Source of the DNA: the human T2T-CHM13v2.0 reference genome, Homo sapiens
Assembly: GCF_009914755.1 (NCBI RefSeq)
Contig: NC_060925.1
Length of the DNA stretch: 64,000 bases
Strand: one strand, 5' to 3'
Made by a program: the position numbers and the translations under genes
Shown: piece by piece, positions 62,206-64,000 of the stretch
Layout: every line of letters begins with the position of its first letter
Numbering within the stretch: position 1 is the stretch's first letter
Notes under the pieces: generated by a model
The model's input: only the letters and a program-made list of their open reading frames with translations
Told to the model about the DNA's origin: nothing
Databases searched by the model: none

Positions 62206-63017
62206 TGGCACATAGACTATTTGAGAGTAATAGTACAATCCAACCTGGTCTTGGTTGGGTAGGGGATAAGGATCATGGATGGCTTTCTTGAGGAAGTACC
62301 CACTGGGGAGCATTATGTAGAATATGTCTATGAACTGTTGCCATGAGGACTCTGATGCGTTCAAATGCTACCTTCAATGAAGGGAGGCAGCAAACAAATA
62401 CTCACAATAGTCACCAAAATTTATCCAACAAAGTTGAAGAGCAGAGCTCTGGAGATATTCAGGCAGAGATCTGTAAGCACCGTATTTCTCCCTTTTAGCA
62501 AATCTCAGCATCCTGGAAAGAGACAGGATTCAGTTGGGAGAACACAAGGAAACGTAGAAAGAGGAAGTCAGTTTTGAATATCTCTGGTATAATACCTTCT
62601 TTTTTGCAGGTTCTGGTTGCTCCACTTCTCTCTTGTTTTCTGTCAGCCTCCTCGTCTCCCCATTGAATACTATTTTTCACAGAGGCACCTCCCAAGTCTC
62701 TGACCTAGAGATTATAAGTATCTTATATTTAGAATATTTTCATGTTGCCTGGGACATGTATCCAGTTTACTCCATCACAAATCTTCATTTAATTATCATG
62801 ATGTTTCAGGCACTGTTCTAGGCACTGGAGATGTAGCAGTGGATACAACAGATGAGGTCTATATAAGAAATATGTAAAAACTTGCCATGTTAGCTAGTGT
62901 TAGTGCTACAAAAGAAAATAAGGCAGGGTAACACAATAGAGAGTAACCAGAGTGCTAGTTTAAATAGAATGGGCAGGAAAATCCCTCTGAGGAGTGATAT
63001 TCTAGCAAAGATCTGAC

Positions 63018-64000
63018 ATTATTATTATTATTATTTAAATTTATTATACTTTAAGTTCTGGGATACATGTGCAGAATGTGCAGGTTTGTTACATAGGTAT
63101 GCACGCGCCATGGTGGTTTGCTGCACCTATCAACCTGTTGTCTATATTAGGTATTTCTCCTAATGCTATCCCTCCCCTAGCCCCCCACCCCCACAACAGG
63201 CCCTGGTGTGTGATGCTCCCTTCCCTGTGTCCATGTGTTCTCATTGTTCAACTCCCACTTATGAGTGAGAACATGCAGTGTTTGGTTTTCTGTCCTTGTG
63301 ATATTTTGCTGAGAATGATGGTTTCCAGCTTCATCCATGTTCCTGCAAAGGACATGAACTCATCCTTTTTTATGGCTACATAGTATTCCATGGTGTATAT
63401 GAGCCACATTTTCTTTATCCAGTGTATCATTGATGGCATTTTGGTTGGTTCCAAGTCTTTGCTATTATGAACAGTGGTGCAATAAACATGCGTGTACATG
63501 TGTCTTTGTAGTAGAATGATTTATAATCCTTTGGGTATGTACCCAGTAATGGGACTGCTGCGTCAAATGGTATTGCTGGTTCTAGGTCATTGAGGAATTG
63601 CCACACTGTCTTCCACAATGGTTGAACTAATTTACACTCCCAACAACAGTGTAAAAGCATTCCTATTTCTCCACATCCTCTCCAGCATCTGTTGTTTCCT
63701 GACTTTTTAATGATTTCTATTCTAACTGGCGTGAGATGGTATCTCCTCATTGTGGTTTTGATTTGCATTTCTCTAATGACCAGTGATGATGAGCTTTTTT
63801 TTCATATGTTTGTTGGCTGCATAAATGTCTTCTTTTGAGAAGTGTCTGTTCATATCCTTTGCCCACTTTTTGATTTTTTTTTTTCTGGTAAATTTGTATA
63901 CGTTCTTTGTAAATTCTGGATATTAGCCCTTTGTCAGATGGGTAGATTGCAAAAATTTTTTTCCCATTCTATAGGTTGCCTTTTCACTCTGATGATAGTT
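63018..64000 (-). mobile_element. L1PA7-like LINE-1 3' end, antisense, running off the window
   Basis: 'atactttaagttctgggatacatgtgcagaa..'; minus [27 protein letters not shown]. Confidence 0.93.

Overview
Primate (human-like) genomic DNA from inside the dynamin-3 gene (DNM3), transcribed on the + strand. Seven coding exons (99, 161, 143, 136, 68, 139 and 87 bp; conventionally exons 5-11) splice in frame. They encode the end of the GTPase domain (G4 TKLD motif) and the middle/stalk domain. The 68-bp exon has a non-canonical GC donor. The introns are dominated by transposable elements: an old antisense L1MC-type element, two full-length sense L1s (L1PA7/8-like and L1PA2-like, both disabled), a twin-primed 5'-inverted L1PA3, truncated L1s, about 11 Alus or Alu fragments, MaLR LTRs, DNA-transposon relics, L2 and MIR. 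I see no prokaryotic-type system and no clearly novel gene. The best leads are: (i) a 251-bp identical tract with a shared non-consensus base between two L1s 24 kb apart (candidate ectopic gene conversion); (ii) a possible decayed second copy of exon 10, and the chimeric look of the single exon 10; (iii) inverted L1 pairs bracketing frame-preserving exon blocks (circRNA or skipping potential); (iv) an L1PB fragment captured in inverted but homologous register inside an older L1; (v) an open ORF0/antisense promoter in the L1PA2. Subfamily names and paralogue comparisons come from recalled consensus sequences, not from a search.
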